From assembly GCA_050084985.1 (NCBI GenBank), contig JBITNC010000002.1, positions 4,898,001 to 4,962,000 of the forward strand: a DNA stretch of 64,000 bases. Reading direction: 5' to 3'. Below, one piece after another: positions 38,801-53,000 of the stretch. The notes under the pieces are model-generated. The model was not told the DNA's origin. It saw nothing but the letters and a program-made list of their open reading frames with translations, and searched no databases. Numbering within the stretch: position 1 is the first letter of the stretch; each line of letters opens with the position of its first letter. This DNA is from Nageia nagi. Taxonomy: Eukaryota; Plantae; Pinophyta. Made by a program: the position numbers and the translations under genes.

Positions 38801-41800
38801 ATGACAATATAACTTACAAAAATAGCTAGATGCTCTCTATTGTTTTTGATATCGGACAACTTATTAACCTCAACAAAAACTAAAGTCTTAGGTCACTTAT
38901 GGCAACTTCCTCTATGATGTCCCTGGTCAACCCACCATTCTTATCTCTTCCTCTCCCCTTGCTTAATAATTGTTTCATATAATTAGCATCAAGAAAGCTA
39001 TTCAAAAACTTAACACCAATAAATCAACATATTGTGAGGGGTATCAAATAGAGCTTTCTAGGTTGTAAGGGGTATCAAACAGAGCTTTCTAGATTTCCAC
39101 CTAACCACAACACATTATTCAATCCATCCACAAATTAGCAAACACTTTTATTTGGAACAATTACAAGACTATTATGATTGGAAATGCATTTACCAAGTTG
39201 TATGGCACAATGAAAATTATTAATCACTTTCTTACCCTTTGCACCATTATCGAGGAGGTTTGTCAATAGTCCATCAAGGTCTTTTTTTGCTTCATTCACT
39301 TCAAAAAGGCTTTTGACTCGATCTTGAGATTTTTCCTCCAATAGCTTTGCAATATCAGTTTCTTTGGTCAACCTATTCTAGCTACCACAGGGCTATATTA
39401 GTATCTTTGATATGCTTATTCTAGTTTGAGGATTTCCTTCAACCCCACACTCATACACATGATAATATAGCGTGCAAATATAGTTAATTGCTCTCTATTG
39501 TTTTTGTGATATATGACAACTTATTAATGTCAACAAAACTAAAGTTGTGATTTTTAATACTTTTAGAGATGCAAACACTTAAGCCATTTTTCCTTAAATG
39601 AGTAACTATGGAGATCACATCAGATACTTACTTGGGATTTTATTTTATGGACCTTCTTTAAGTATGAGACATGCCTCTAAATCACGTCTTTGCAAGAACT
39701 ATGCTTCTCTCTTTATGTTGGAATGTCATTGTTTATTTTCCTATTTTCTAGATAACTTTTCAAAGATGCATCTTTTGAATGCTATTGTTTGACCCCCTAC
39801 CACATAAGGGTATGAGGTTTAGGCTCCAAGTTTGCAATCCATTGCTTGGGCTCTCTTTGAGAGGGTTCTGTTGTGACTAGCACAACACGCCCCAAAATCC
39901 TGTGATTTTGGGGACCCATTACACTCATGCTCAAACAATGTCACACCCATCTTGGAGCTTCAACCACCTGGTTATCACATCCATCATCCTTCACCTAAGT
40001 ATCACAACTTTCCCAATCTTAGCCATGTTAGACGAAGCTCAAAATTTTCAAAAAATGACTAAGTTTGGAATCAAGAAATTAAGTATAGGTGAAATTAGGG
40101 AATCTAGGTCAAGTACAAGCCGGAACAAAATGAAAGGCAGCCTAAAAGCCCAACACACATCCCCAAAAAACAAGATTTTTGTCTTTCTGTGGCACACGCC
40201 CAAATCCAAGAAATGCCCAGGCTAAGATAAAGCATAAAGGAAGCAAACCAAAGCATTCTAAGTCTTTTTTCGACGTGTGCTCGACCAAGAAAAGGAGCAA
40301 ATCGAAGTGTTGAGGCAAAGAGGCCAATTTGGCTCTCCCAAAGACTCAACCCATCATTCAAAAAGATAAGAAATTATCTTTATGTGGCATGCGCCCAGAT
40401 CAAGAGGTTGCCCAAGACAAGGTTGAGATCGAACAAGCAAAATTGGAGCACCTTGAGGCTGAGCACATCTCTCAAAAAGACAAGATTTCGTCTTTCTACG
40501 ATATACACCCAGAACAAAAGGCCAACCAAATCGAGCTCTAGCAAAATTTGACTCACGTCAACATCCGGCATTGACAGGTCTAGAAGAGCAGTGCATACTC
40601 CCAAAAGACAATTTTGACTTTTTGTGACATGCGCCCAACCAAGGAGGAGCTCAGGTTAAGGAGAGCTGGAATTTTGGCTAAATCCAGCACTCAGAGATCC
40701 GAAACAAGCAAATACAGGCATCAGAAGGCAAGCGTACTAGAAAAAAATAAAATCTTAATCTTTTTTTGGCATGCACTCAAGCCGGGACAACTAATAGGAT
40801 GGGCGTGCCCAAAAAAAAAAAAAGACAAATTTGACTTTTTATAGCATGTGCCCAACCCAGGAGGTCCAAATAGCTTCGAAGGTGAAAAATGGCCAAGTAA
40901 TTAGCATAAAAGCCCAAAATCACATCCAAACTAAGGAGACTTGCAAGTTAAGCACACCAAAAAAAAAAGAAGATAAAATCTTCACTTTTTCTAACATGCT
41001 CCAAGTTGAGAAAGGCAAAGCAAGTCTATTAGATCCGAAAAAAGACAAGATTATGACTTTTTCTAGCAAGCTTGAAGAGGGTTCAAGAAGCATTTGAGGT
41101 GAAGTCTAGATGAGCCCGAGCTTAGGAGAAGGTGAAGTCATGGAGATTTTGAGCAAAAGAGGTATACACCCAAGATGGCCAAATTTCAAATACAAGGTCC
41201 CAGGTTGTCCCAATGATATATGCAAGTTACTAGATTTCCCTCACAGATGCCAAAAGGTGAATAGGTCAAGACAAGGGATACAGAAGCAGAGAAGATGGAC
41301 AAGCCCAAGTGCACCTGAGGAGCATAGAGTCGTTGCAATTTTATTTCAAATTTGGGTTTCAAAGACTTTTTAAATTTGGTTCAACCTTGTGACGAATGAG
41401 GATTTGCTCCCACAAGTGTTGGAATAAATCTTGTAACACCATGTGGCGAATTTCTATTGGAACACTTTTAATTTTCTCATAATTAGCATTAGGGTTAAGG
41501 CAACACGTACAGTTGCCATAAAAAACTATTTATACCCCTTGAATGCTCCTTTGTAAAGGGGTGGAATTTTTGGATGTGGAAATGAGCATTTGCTAATAGA
41601 TGGGTAGAGTAATTTTTCCTATCAAATACTTGTCTATGGTGAATGTGGCATGAACTTTAGTTAATATTGCACAACTCCATTGCTTTGTTGTTATGAGCTT
41701 GGACGTGCAATGTTATCATTGATGTATGTTGCTTAGATGCTTGGGACATTTTGCAAACCTCTTGAAAGGTGGGTAAAAGAATGATTGATTATTCTTTTGA

Positions 41801-43110
41801 AGTGTTGAATGTAATGCGCAGTTGATGATTTTTCATGGTAGACAACTAGACTTGTATAATTTTGAAGTGTGTTCCCCTATGACATTTAACATGAGAACTT
41901 CATCCACCTATTGAGAGTACCCTTCGTGTTGTTGGCTAATTTGAGAGGATACATCCTTCTTCTAGACCATTTATGTTGTTGGCTAGAATGAAAGGATAGG
42001 TGGATGTTTGGAACCCTTAACAAACCCAAAGGAACTTGGCATTTTGACATTGTACTCATCGATGGAGCTTGATGCAAAACAACTGAACTCATATGCCTCC
42101 AACCATATCCAATCTTCCTTCCTGTTTTTATTTCTTTGTGTGGCTTTTCACACCCTTTGCTCATAGTACCTAAGAAACAACCCTTGTCTAGACTCTTGAG
42201 ACAATCTAAGTCCTTGACAAGCAAATACTATTTGAGTTGGTGGTAGCTTCAAACATCTTAACTAGTCTCTAAGCCTTTTTCTTGCACCATCCCAAAAGAG
42301 AGACGTTTGAGGTAACCAATCCTCATAACAGGTAGGCATAATGCCCTTCCACCTAAGGTGTTGGTGTCTTTGCAAACCTTACAAGTCATTTGCCTATCAA
42401 CAAGGTACAAAAGAAAAACAACCCAATAGGTTCAAACTCTAATATTTCAATGTTTAATCTATCACAAACGCATAATGCATTATACTAGTTGAGTCCACAC
42501 ATAATTGTTCATCTTGAATGCATCTTATGTATCATCCTTTACATTCGTGTACTCATATGCATGAGGATATCCACCTTTGGACATGCGAGGTATCTATTTC
42601 TACTAGTCTATCAATCTTTCCATTGATCTTCTTCCTCCCTTCAAACACACTTTCCCTCCCACCCTCATCCTTGCAAGAACACTGAGGTTGATTTGGGTTG
42701 ATATTTGCCAACAATACACTCACAAGTCACATGGACATCTTCTTCAACCCTCAATCCCAAGTTGGCCTTCTATGCAAAGCATTTCCCCCAAATAGTTTAT
42801 GGCACCATCTATCACCCCTCCTACCTTGGGTACCATTGAGCACATGGCATAAAGCCCGCCAAAAATATGTTTCCACCAGTTTCATATCAAATATGATCAT
42901 CGCATCTTATGTGAGTACTGTGTTTGTCCATTTACTAAAAGAACTTGGGCAAATTCCACTACTTTTTCAAACTCTAGAAATTCTCTCTACCTTATAATAT
43001 CCAAATCAACAGAGTTTGGCCTTGTATATTCGAAAAGTTATCTTTCTTAGGTGCAAATCTTTACAAGATACCCCCACCACAAACAATGACATATCAACTC
43101 ATCAATTATC
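35880..43110 (+). mobile_element. Head-to-tail cluster of three degenerate RTE-X-like LINE segments
   Basis: ~35880-37800, ~37830-38880 and ~38890-39868 + 42429-43110; repeated ATTATGATTGGAAAT..TT.ACCAAGTTGTATGGCACAATG block; C-terminal ICSHKFYIE..RICPL..E..RFVF. Confidence 0.75.
39869..42428 (+). mobile_element. Solo LTR, 2560 bp (Gypsy-type) with internal subrepeats
   Basis: TGTTGTGAC...CCCAATA (CA decayed to TA), perfect TSD GGTTC; host LINE reading frame LFERV|QTLI rejoins across it; repeated CAAGATTTT..TTTT..GGCATGCGCCC units at 40170-41070. Confidence 0.88.
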
Positions 43111-46100
43111 TCCATCAAACACCACCATTCAACATATTAATATTTATGATGTGTTCATTGTGCATGTGTTTGTTATACTTTCAAGAATCATGTGTTGTAT
43201 TTTAATAAAATTAAGAAAGTGATTTTTTAGTCATAAGAAAATATTCCATGTATAGTTGTAACTTAAAATTGAATATGTGCTAGATGTTTTCTCAAATATA
43301 TTTAAACAAAAGAAGAAAAATAATGAATGTTAATTATTAAAAGAATATCTCATCTATAATTATTAATTATACATTAGATGGTTTCTAAATTATAGTTATT
43401 GAAAATTAAAATTAAGAGTTTGAAACAATTTTAAGATTGGTTGTAAAATTACCTTAATATTGAGATGTTAAGAATGTTTGAACCAAAGAATGTTGCACCC
43501 CATATTCCAACGAAAATCCATGATACATGCACAACAGTGGATGATGCAGAAATGATAATTTTCATTCGAGCATCCCAATGTTATCATTACACAAATTATC
43601 ACCTTTGAAAATCGATGTCGAATTAAAACCTAGACAAAAACGTAGAATCATTATTGTGAAAAACACATCCTTTATAAGACAAATTTAACTTCTCATAACT
43701 TCAAAGATGGGTTGTTGCTTGAAAACATTATGCATCAGTTTTTTGTTCATATCAAACAACTCCCATGTAAACCGTATATACAAAACCTTGATTTTTGTAT
43801 GTAGAATAAGATTACATACCTCATCCTTTGCATATTGATGGACATGATACACATGTATAGACTTAACATAAGCAAAGAGGTGTTCTTGTATGTGCATATA
43901 TAATAACTTGTCTTCAAAGTTGCCTTTATAGAAACAACTGCAATTTAACAAAGAATCCACATCAAATTAGAAAAAATCTATTCAAAATTCTTCCAAAAGG
44001 ACTACAATAATTTGCTTGTTATGTCAAAACTTTACAGATTAATTCTAGTTCTACTGGCATGATGATAACATATAATTTGCAAAGCTATCTTTATATATAG
44101 TCCTATATATATATAATAACAATGAAAACTCCTTCCACAAGGCCATTTATTTCTATCTTTGCCTGGTATATCTTCAGCCTCGAACCAAAAATATTCACCA
44201 CGCGAGGGTCCCCTTGTTTCTTTCTTTTATTCCTTATTTCTCAATTTTACCGGATTTTCCATAAGAATCTTCACCATGAAAGATGTACCTTTGAGGTCTT
44301 CAAATCTTACTTGTGCGATATTAAACTTCAAATTCAGCATATTACTCACAATGTGTATGACAATAGTGACATGAACAAACCAGATATATTCCATCCGTTT
44401 TCGTTGACATCTTTTCTAGGATTTTTAGTTTTTACTAATCTTTGTTGTGAACTAGGTATGAGTAGAATGAGATACCAACATGTAGCTAGGTTCAAACACT
44501 ACTTATAATCACAGTATACAATGCCTTTGAACTTAATTGGTGTATCTTGATGACACGTATGTTTCAACTCTCTTTCGTTGGCATCAAATCGTTTTAACAT
44601 GTTATGCAAGTCATATCTAAAGCTCATCATGTCTCGCCATCAAATCATGTGTGTCGTTTCATAATAGCTGAAACTTGTAGAACATCCTCTCCAAGATTTG
44701 TGTACAATGATCCATAAATGGTGGAGATCAAAGAATAATTTAGCTCCAAATGCGCCATTATTTACAATTAGATATTTGCAAGATGCTATGACATTCTCGC
44801 CTAGCCCATCATTTTGCGAGTGACTTAAAAGAGTATAAATGTTGTTAAACGCGAGATTTTTCAAAGGTAACCATATTCATAAGCAATACAATCAAAGACC
44901 ATGAATTTAGTGTCCCTTTCTCCTGATGAAGGCTATAGCCTGCATATAATGAAGATCGCAATATACAAGGGATTCTTTAATCTCAAACATAACTACAATT
45001 GTCGATACAAGTTGTAATTGATGTCAAAGGCTGTTAAAATGAAAGACTCAAGTGGCTGCGTCATTGAGAATGTGACAACCAGAAAATATATTTTTACCCC
45101 AATTATTTTTTACTTGCCTGCCAAGAAAGCAATTTAGCACTCTAGAAAGTTGCAAATCCATGCTGATTACATTAATCTGACAGAAAGAGAAAACAGGACA
45201 AGAAAGTTGATAATCCAAAAAGTCAAAACTTTTATAAACATGGGTAACACCAGAGACCAAATTTTAAGAAGCATTTTGTTGTCATTTCATTGGTAAACAT
45301 GACAAATGAAATAACTGGGGAAAAAAACCCGAACTTGAGGTAAGTAAAAGAACTTTTATTTGATTGTAAACAAGAAAAAATCATTCCACAAAGTGTTCCC
45401 TTACCTAGATTCACAATTTACAAAACATCCGTAAAAAAACAGAATTCCTAAAGATGGAAAGAATGGATTTTCCTCGAGCACAAGATCCAAAATAAAAAGT
45501 GGGAACTGATGCAAATAAAACTCCCCTACTTTGTTCTTGAAAATTGATTAAAAACATGAACTATCATCTTTGGAAAGTAAATCAAGCACTATTACAATAT
45601 TTTAATAAGTCTGTAAGGTTGTAGCCTACTGACAGATGAGAGCACCTAGTCTTGAAGTTAATGTATTCATTCCAGTTGCAGCTTATGAGAAATAGGCCTT
45701 TTGGATGCTACACAATCATTGTCCAATATTTTTATTTCTGTGCGATTTTATCCATTGCACTTGTAATTATCAAAATTAGAGGTTGGTATGGACTTGTAAC
45801 ACCCACCAGTAATTTTATATGCACAAATTGGTATTAAACAATCAATAATTGTTGTGTCATGGCAATTAAAATATTGTGAAGTCAAAAAAACTCAATTTGG
45901 ACATTTGATTTGCTTCACATCTATCCTTTCCTTCAAGTCTTTGGAGTTGGGTCTTCTAATTCAATTGTCAACTTTGATCATGTCAAATAGTGGGAACTAG
46001 ACGTTTGATATGCTGTGGTTCATAAACATCCTTCGCATCTATCCTTGTAATTTTGACTTTGATAACTCCTCTCCTTTTGAAACCCGAATTGTCTGAATAT

Positions 46101-48547
46101 AGTTTCTTTGTACCTGAATTATCATATAAGCAACTCAAGTTATAAAGCTCACTTTAAAATCTCACAAGAAACATTAGACCCAAAAGAACCAACTTCAAAT
46201 ACTACTAAAACGAATCAGTGCCTATAATGCTGGATCCATGTGGAGATTTCAAGCATAGAGTTAATGAGAGTTCAAAATACCCTCTTAGACTTCTCAATTA
46301 GAAGATGAGAAACAAATGAGAGCAGCAATTGGAAACCTAGAATCTAGGTATGACAGCAACGAAGGTCACTCCCCTCTTTGTGTTCCCTCTCTTGTCTTTT
46401 AAAAACCTTGAATTCATTAGAAACTATAAAGAGTTGATATGCTAGTAATAAGTCCAACTGCCATGGAGCACGTATTTATCAAGGCTTACTTTTTATTTTC
46501 TTACTCATTTAAATTTAGTCATAATCTACAGCCACACCCGCTCATAAATTTTTGACTTAAAATATCATTCAATTCATTATAGGCATCAAGCAAAGAACTT
46601 GAAAAGGTCATCACCTTTTTAATCCAAAGAGATTGCCTATGGTGGCCAGGATAAAGAAGTTGATTGCATCTTATTCATAAATATATATGGCCCATATTAG
46701 ACAGTGCAGAGCACAGAGGGTCTAAGACACATTAAGTCTTACATAGAAATTAGGTTTAATCTCGTAAATCACTTATAAATGTACACAAGTGAATTCCACG
46801 ATGGATGTTAGCGGATGAGAAAACTAGGGATCTGAATTTACAGAGTTTAAATGTTTCAACTTTCTTTCAACATATTCCATTTAGGGTAGGGAGACAAACG
46901 AGGCCATCAAAACTTTGTTTCTTCATTGCAAGAATTTCTCGACCAGTAAAAACAAAACCTAGATTGTGTACAACTTCAAATGCTTATGGTTCCTTTCAAG
47001 ATCTATGGTAGGAAGATTATGATGACAAACCACAAAACCTTCATCAAGTCACCATCCATTAAAATGCTTCTAGATGTCTGCCTCCTATATGTGGGTTCAA
47101 ATGTGTCCCCTTGTGTAGATATGCCAGATGTTTATACTTTATATATATGACAGCACCTTACTTCAGTATGTCAATGTTCAACTTTTCCCCTTCAAAAGGA
47201 TTCCTACATATATTTGCACGTTTAAAGAAACAAATGACTGATTGACCTAACAAGTACAACAATCCACCCACCTTCCTTTGACAACGTTGATCATGCCTCT
47301 TGCTGTAATAAGTCAATTTGTTTTGTTCTCAACGTAATGTTTGGTTCTTCAGTTTGTTAATGAATATTCAACAATGGCCTTACAAGTAATATACGTAACC
47401 AAAAAAATTGGCTTCCACTACAAGCCATGTCAATTTATAGGCATAATACTCATTCTATATGGAAACCACTGCATTCCATTCAGAATTAATAATAAATAAG
47501 TAAGACAATCACACTGAATGCCTTTAAGACTTTGACATTATTTTTAGGACGGACGGTATCTATTCAACATGAATTCCAGTACATATGAAGATTAGATATT
47601 TTCTGAAATTCAAATAAATATGTAATCTTTACTAGATAAAGAGTTGGCTGAGAAAGACAAAATAAGAAAAACAAAAAGAACAATCTTCAAGGATGTGTGG
47701 ATGTGTTTTTGTAAGAACTATAGATAGGTGAATGGAATGGTTTACAAATATGTATAAAATATTTAATAAAGGTGTGTAACACTGACACTGTTGCACATGT
47801 TTCTTATATTTCAAAAGAGTTTAACAGATGTCTGTGATAACAATATCAGAAACAAAAAGCATAAAATAAGAAACAATAGTCATAAAAACGAAACATATAG
47901 CCACTTCAGAACCACAAACCAGAACGTAACTTTTGCAGTAACTCTTGATAACAATTAGTGCATTTCTTTAAAAGGCAATCAAGAATATTCCTTGGAACAG
48001 ATAATTTATACAATTGTGAGTGTCAATTGTAATTCCTCAAGAAAAGCATATGACATGCTCTGCTTCTGCTTTGAACTTTATCTAACTAAATTGAATAAAG
48101 CAAGAAGCAATTTACATTCAGGCAAAATCCTGCATGATACAATCATTCATCAAGATCTGGAAAATTTTGCTACTGAAGAAAAATGATAGAATTAGAAGTT
48201 AAAAGTATGATAATGTATCTGCAAAATGCAGATGGATAAACAAGTTACCGTATATACAGTCAATATTAACCATTTCCTGGGAATATCCAAAGGCCAAGAA
48301 AGTTAACAAGATCTACAGGTCTGTCCAGAATAGAGGATCTTCTCTCACCAGTTCTTTTGAAGAAAACCATACCCAGAGAATAGCATACATGATCTGAACT
48401 AAATATGAATGCATCTGCACAGTTACCTACAATGAATTCAAAATCATAAATTATTACTTAATAAGTTATAACAAATAAAAGAAATGCAAGATAATTTCAC
48501 GTAGAAAAATTAGCTTTAAAAATGTTACCTAAAACTTCTGATAAGTA

Positions 48548-50036
48548 TTAAGTAGGCCTCCAAGTGTTTACAGAAGAATAACCAGATCTTGATGATAACA
48601 TCTGGAGCATTACTTGATTTGTAGGTGCTACACTCACAGAACAGGAAGTAATTTTTCAACACTCCAAACTAAAATTGCATAATGCCATTTCAATAATTGG
48701 CAATACCAGTACAAAGGGAAAATGAACTACCAGCAACCACGCCACCAGTTAACCCTGCAGCCTGGTCCAAGTAAGCAGTATATCCCACATCCATATTAGA
48801 CATTGGGCCTCCAGGTGCTCTGATCATGAGTTTTTGAGTTGGAAGGTGTGAACCGGAGGAATATTGTGGTCCTCCAGTTGGCCAACAGATTCGAGGAGTA
48901 ACTGAACAAAATGAAAAATCATAACATGAAAGTAATGTACAATTTATAATAGCTTGATTTTAAATACTAAATCTTGTATTTTTGTTGTCAAATGAATACC
49001 TTCTTGCATACTTGTACATAAGGTTGATTTTCCACCTCCTGCCTGGTTGATTGGCAGCTGATTTTCTGACCCTGTGCATCTATCACTATGGAGAAGCCTC
49101 CACTGGTCCTCTTGAGTAGACTGCTCACATTCACGAACATTAGTTTGAATTTCAGCCCTTACATAGGAGAATTGACTAGAAAGTGGTATTGTTGGAGGAG
49201 GTGGGAGGTATGATTGCTGAGCAAAGGACAAATTAGAGTTATTCAATTGCAACTGTTGAGCATGGGCTGCACCGTATGATGTAACATTTTGTCCATGGTG
49301 TATCTGAGACACTGGAAAGCCTGAAGAACTGTAAGATATGGAATCAACCACTGTTGCATTACTAACAACATGACCAGGCTGCTGACTGTTTCCATTCATT
49401 AAATGAGGCTGTGGCTCCTGCTAACATGCAGAAAAACAAGGTTAAACACTTACAAAACTGCCAAATGACATACAGAAGACAGAGCTGAAAGAAATATAAC
49501 AGCCCAATCAATCAAATATCAGCAACCATCAAATGCTTACATTCATAGGTACTGGATATGAGTGTGGCATTGGTGGTTGACAGACAAAAGGAGGAGAATC
49601 AGGTGGAGGAGGAGGGGGTGAACTGGGAGGTGGGGGCGGAGGTGACGCAGGCAATGGTGGAGGAGAAGGTGGTGGATCTTCTGGCAAAGGAGGAGATCCC
49701 AGAGGCAAAGGACGACAAGGATTACTTTGATCTGGAGGATAGAGATAATGAGGAAATTGTTGTGCTTGTGGTTGCATAGTATTATCCTTGCAGAAAGCTG
49801 CATCATATTCTGATGTTGGGGACACATCTTCCATCTCTAATTCACCGTCAACGTCCTCCAAGATATGGCAATGTTTTTCAATATGATCGTTTAAGCACTT
49901 TGTCTGATCTCCGTGGGGTTCAGAGGTTTCAACTGCCAAACTTTCATTATTATTTTTCCGATCACTTGCAAATGGTTCTTCTTCATCTTCGAATACATTA
50001 GCCATTGAGAAACCAGGCAAGTGAAATGTTGCATTG
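48548..50036 (-). CDS. HUA2: HUA2-like exons 8-11 (Pro-rich region and C-terminus)
   Basis: 50036-49541, 49420-49000, 48901-48731, 48627-48548; ends ...SSVNTWRPT*. Confidence 0.85.
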
Positions 50037-53000
50037 CTGCAGTCACAGAACAATTTTGTCATTATGGTTTTCACAAATCTACAAGAGAATATCAAGATTA
50101 CAAATAAACCCATCTTAGCTTACCTGCCATACTCATCCAGCTTGCCTTCTATTTCCCTCATAGGGTCATCCACAGCACGCTCCACTCGAGGACGCCTTAC
50201 CAAATTACCACCAGGTCTATCATCGTTTGAATAACCGAAATCATTCATGTATTGACGGAGAAAAGATTCTGGAAGAATTTTGCGTTCAAGCCATAGCCTC
50301 AACACCTTCAAAACACACAATTATTAACAACAATAAATGAAGCAATACCAAAAAGCAAAATATAATTCAATCTTAACCAAAAAGATGGATATACTTTAAG
50401 ACACTGACGACGATTCTCTCGTGCAACACTTCCAGATGGAGCAGCAGCAGATAACAACCTCGGAAGGGCAGCTTGCACAGCAGGAATATATGAAACCCCA
50501 GCAATACCTGCCGAAAAAAAATTATAAAATATATTAATCAAAAATATATAAATTAATTAATATCATATGTTCATGTTTGGAATCTTCTAGTGTACTAGCC
50601 TTTGTAGGAAAATTAAGTATTTACATGAACATATAGAAACATAATATTAAAAATTAAATAAATGCACAATGCATTTTAATTGTATATCCATTACCTTTTT
50701 GGCTGTGCGAACATTGGGTTATTGAATCTACAAGAAAGAATAAGTCAATTTTCCGATGTGAGCTTGATTCAATTTCCAACCTTTGGACAAGAAGCTCCAC
50801 AACCTGCATAGTCCACCAAGTTTTTGGCATTTCAGTTTTTGCTTATTACTATATTACAAAAATGAATGCTGCATTCTTCATACGATACATTAAACAAATC
50901 AGTTTCTATTTTTGAAGTTGTAAGATCACGCTAAATCACAGATGTGGGCAAAAATGCCAAAGCAGAACTGTCCTGACCATTTCTGCTAATAACAACATTG
51001 TTGGTGTACTCATAACTGCTAAAGCAATTTGAGGATTCAGAAGATAGAGATGAATCTTCAAGCTTAAAAAGAACTACTTCCTCTGCAAACAAAAGTGTGA
51101 GAAGCTAAACTGAAGAACTCAATGCTGGAAATAATTCAAGCTGAACGTCAAGAAAGAGAAATGAGTCAAATGACACATGATAAGTTGTACAATTCCTAAC
51201 TCTAATTTCATAAAATGTATTGATCAGTTATTTGGAACTTCGGGGTAGCACCATTGACAAAAATAAGATTTCATGGCCAAGGCATTGTCCAGAACCATCA
51301 GTCTGAAGATGATCCTAGATGTAAACATCGAGAGGGTTCTGAAATAATGCTTACTCCAATAATGTATTGTCTTTATGTTGAAGACAGTTAAAATTTTCTC
51401 CTTTTTTGTATACAAATCAGACTGAATACAGAAAATGAAATAGACCAAATGCAAAAACACAATCACTTTAAGATATAATAGCAACAGGACTGAATTTTGT
51501 CTTTCATACTCGCTTTTTGTTGAATATAGATGGCAATCACATCCAACACTCCACAACAATAGAACACTACAACTTGTATAAGCAAAGGCACAATCAAAGT
51601 ATGCTAAACAGATCTCTCATTAAACTTGAGAACACACAAATATTGCTTACACAATTAGACACATCACTGCAAGACCTTGGCTATATGCACATAGCTTCAG
51701 ATCTGGTTGTATAAGGATATTGTGTCTTCAGATTCTGTATTCTGCTCTCCTCTAACAATTGGTCCAAGCCCTGACTCATAGTCCTTTTATTTCTGAGTGC
51801 AAATGGGTGTTCAAAACACTGAATCTTCAAACATGCAAGCACAAATATTGACCTTGAATAGATCTCTCCTTAAATGGGTAAATAGTCTTCAGATCTCTCC
51901 TCCAACCTCAATTAGATCAGATCTAATGGGAACCCCTTTAAAAAATCCTTGGCAAAATACTAAAGCCCAAGAGCATGCAAGCTCTCCAAGTTCTCTACCA
52001 AAATCAGCCCTCACCAAATGACCAGCTCTTCCTCTTATATAACCTTTGCCAAACCTCTTAGTGGTTCGGATAAACCTTTCAAAAAAAGTTATTGCAGTCT
52101 TGAAAGCTTGAGGCATAGCCTTCTATGCTGCCCAACATTCTGCTAACTCTGTATTAGGAATTTTTGTCTCCTCTTCAGCAATTTGGGGCTGTATGAACAT
52201 GGGTGTAGAGGGTTTCCAAATTTTGGATGCCCTAAATGTCTCTCCACTTAAATTGATTGGTCTAGGGATATTCCTAGACCCTCCTTGAGCTGAACTTTCT
52301 TCCTCAACATCCTGATGTTGGAGAGGTGTATGCTCCCCTTGATTCTGATTTTCTAGCTGATGTTAACTCCTTGCACACAAATCTTGGAGGGATCTCCATT
52401 CTCACCAACGCGTTCAACATAGTGCTTTGAGTCCTTTGGAAGACTGTCAAAGGATCCTCATTCCTTGGTTGCTCTTCACACCTTTCCTCGTGCCTTGACA
52501 TTAATCCTTCTTTTCCTTTGCTTCTTGTTTGATAGGGGTGGACCACCCTCAGGCTGGCAGGTTTACTCTACTTTGATACCACTTGAAATAGATCAAATGC
52601 AAAAACACAATCACTTTAAGATATAATAGCAACAAGACTGAATTTTAAGTCTTTCATACTTGCTTTTTGTTGAATATAGATGGCAATCACATCCAACACT
52701 CCACAACAATAGAACACTACAACTTGTATAAGCAAAGGCACAATCAAAATATGCTAAACAGATCTCTCATTAAACTTGAGAACACACAAATATTGCTTAC
52801 ACAATTAGACACATCTCTGCTGGACCTTGGCTATATGAACACAGCTTCAGATCTGGTTGTATAAGGATATTGTGTCTTCAGATTCTATATTCTGCTCTCC
52901 CCTAACAATTGGTCCAAGCCCTAACTCATAATCATTTTATTTCTGAGTGCAAATGGGTGTCCAAAACACTGAATCTTCAATCATGCAAGCACATACTGAC

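Noticed and set aside
40170-41070. CRISPR-like repeat-spacer array
   Set aside because: Degenerate, irregularly spaced subrepeats inside a TSD-bounded solo LTR in eukaryotic DNA; no cas genes.
47015-47245. Box C/D snoRNA (ATGATGA)
   Set aside because: No suitably spaced CTGA box D, terminal stem or recognisable rRNA guide.
51517-52864. Duplicated 65-aa small-protein genes (MLNIDGNH...)
   Set aside because: They are the two LTR copies of the intronic retroelement.
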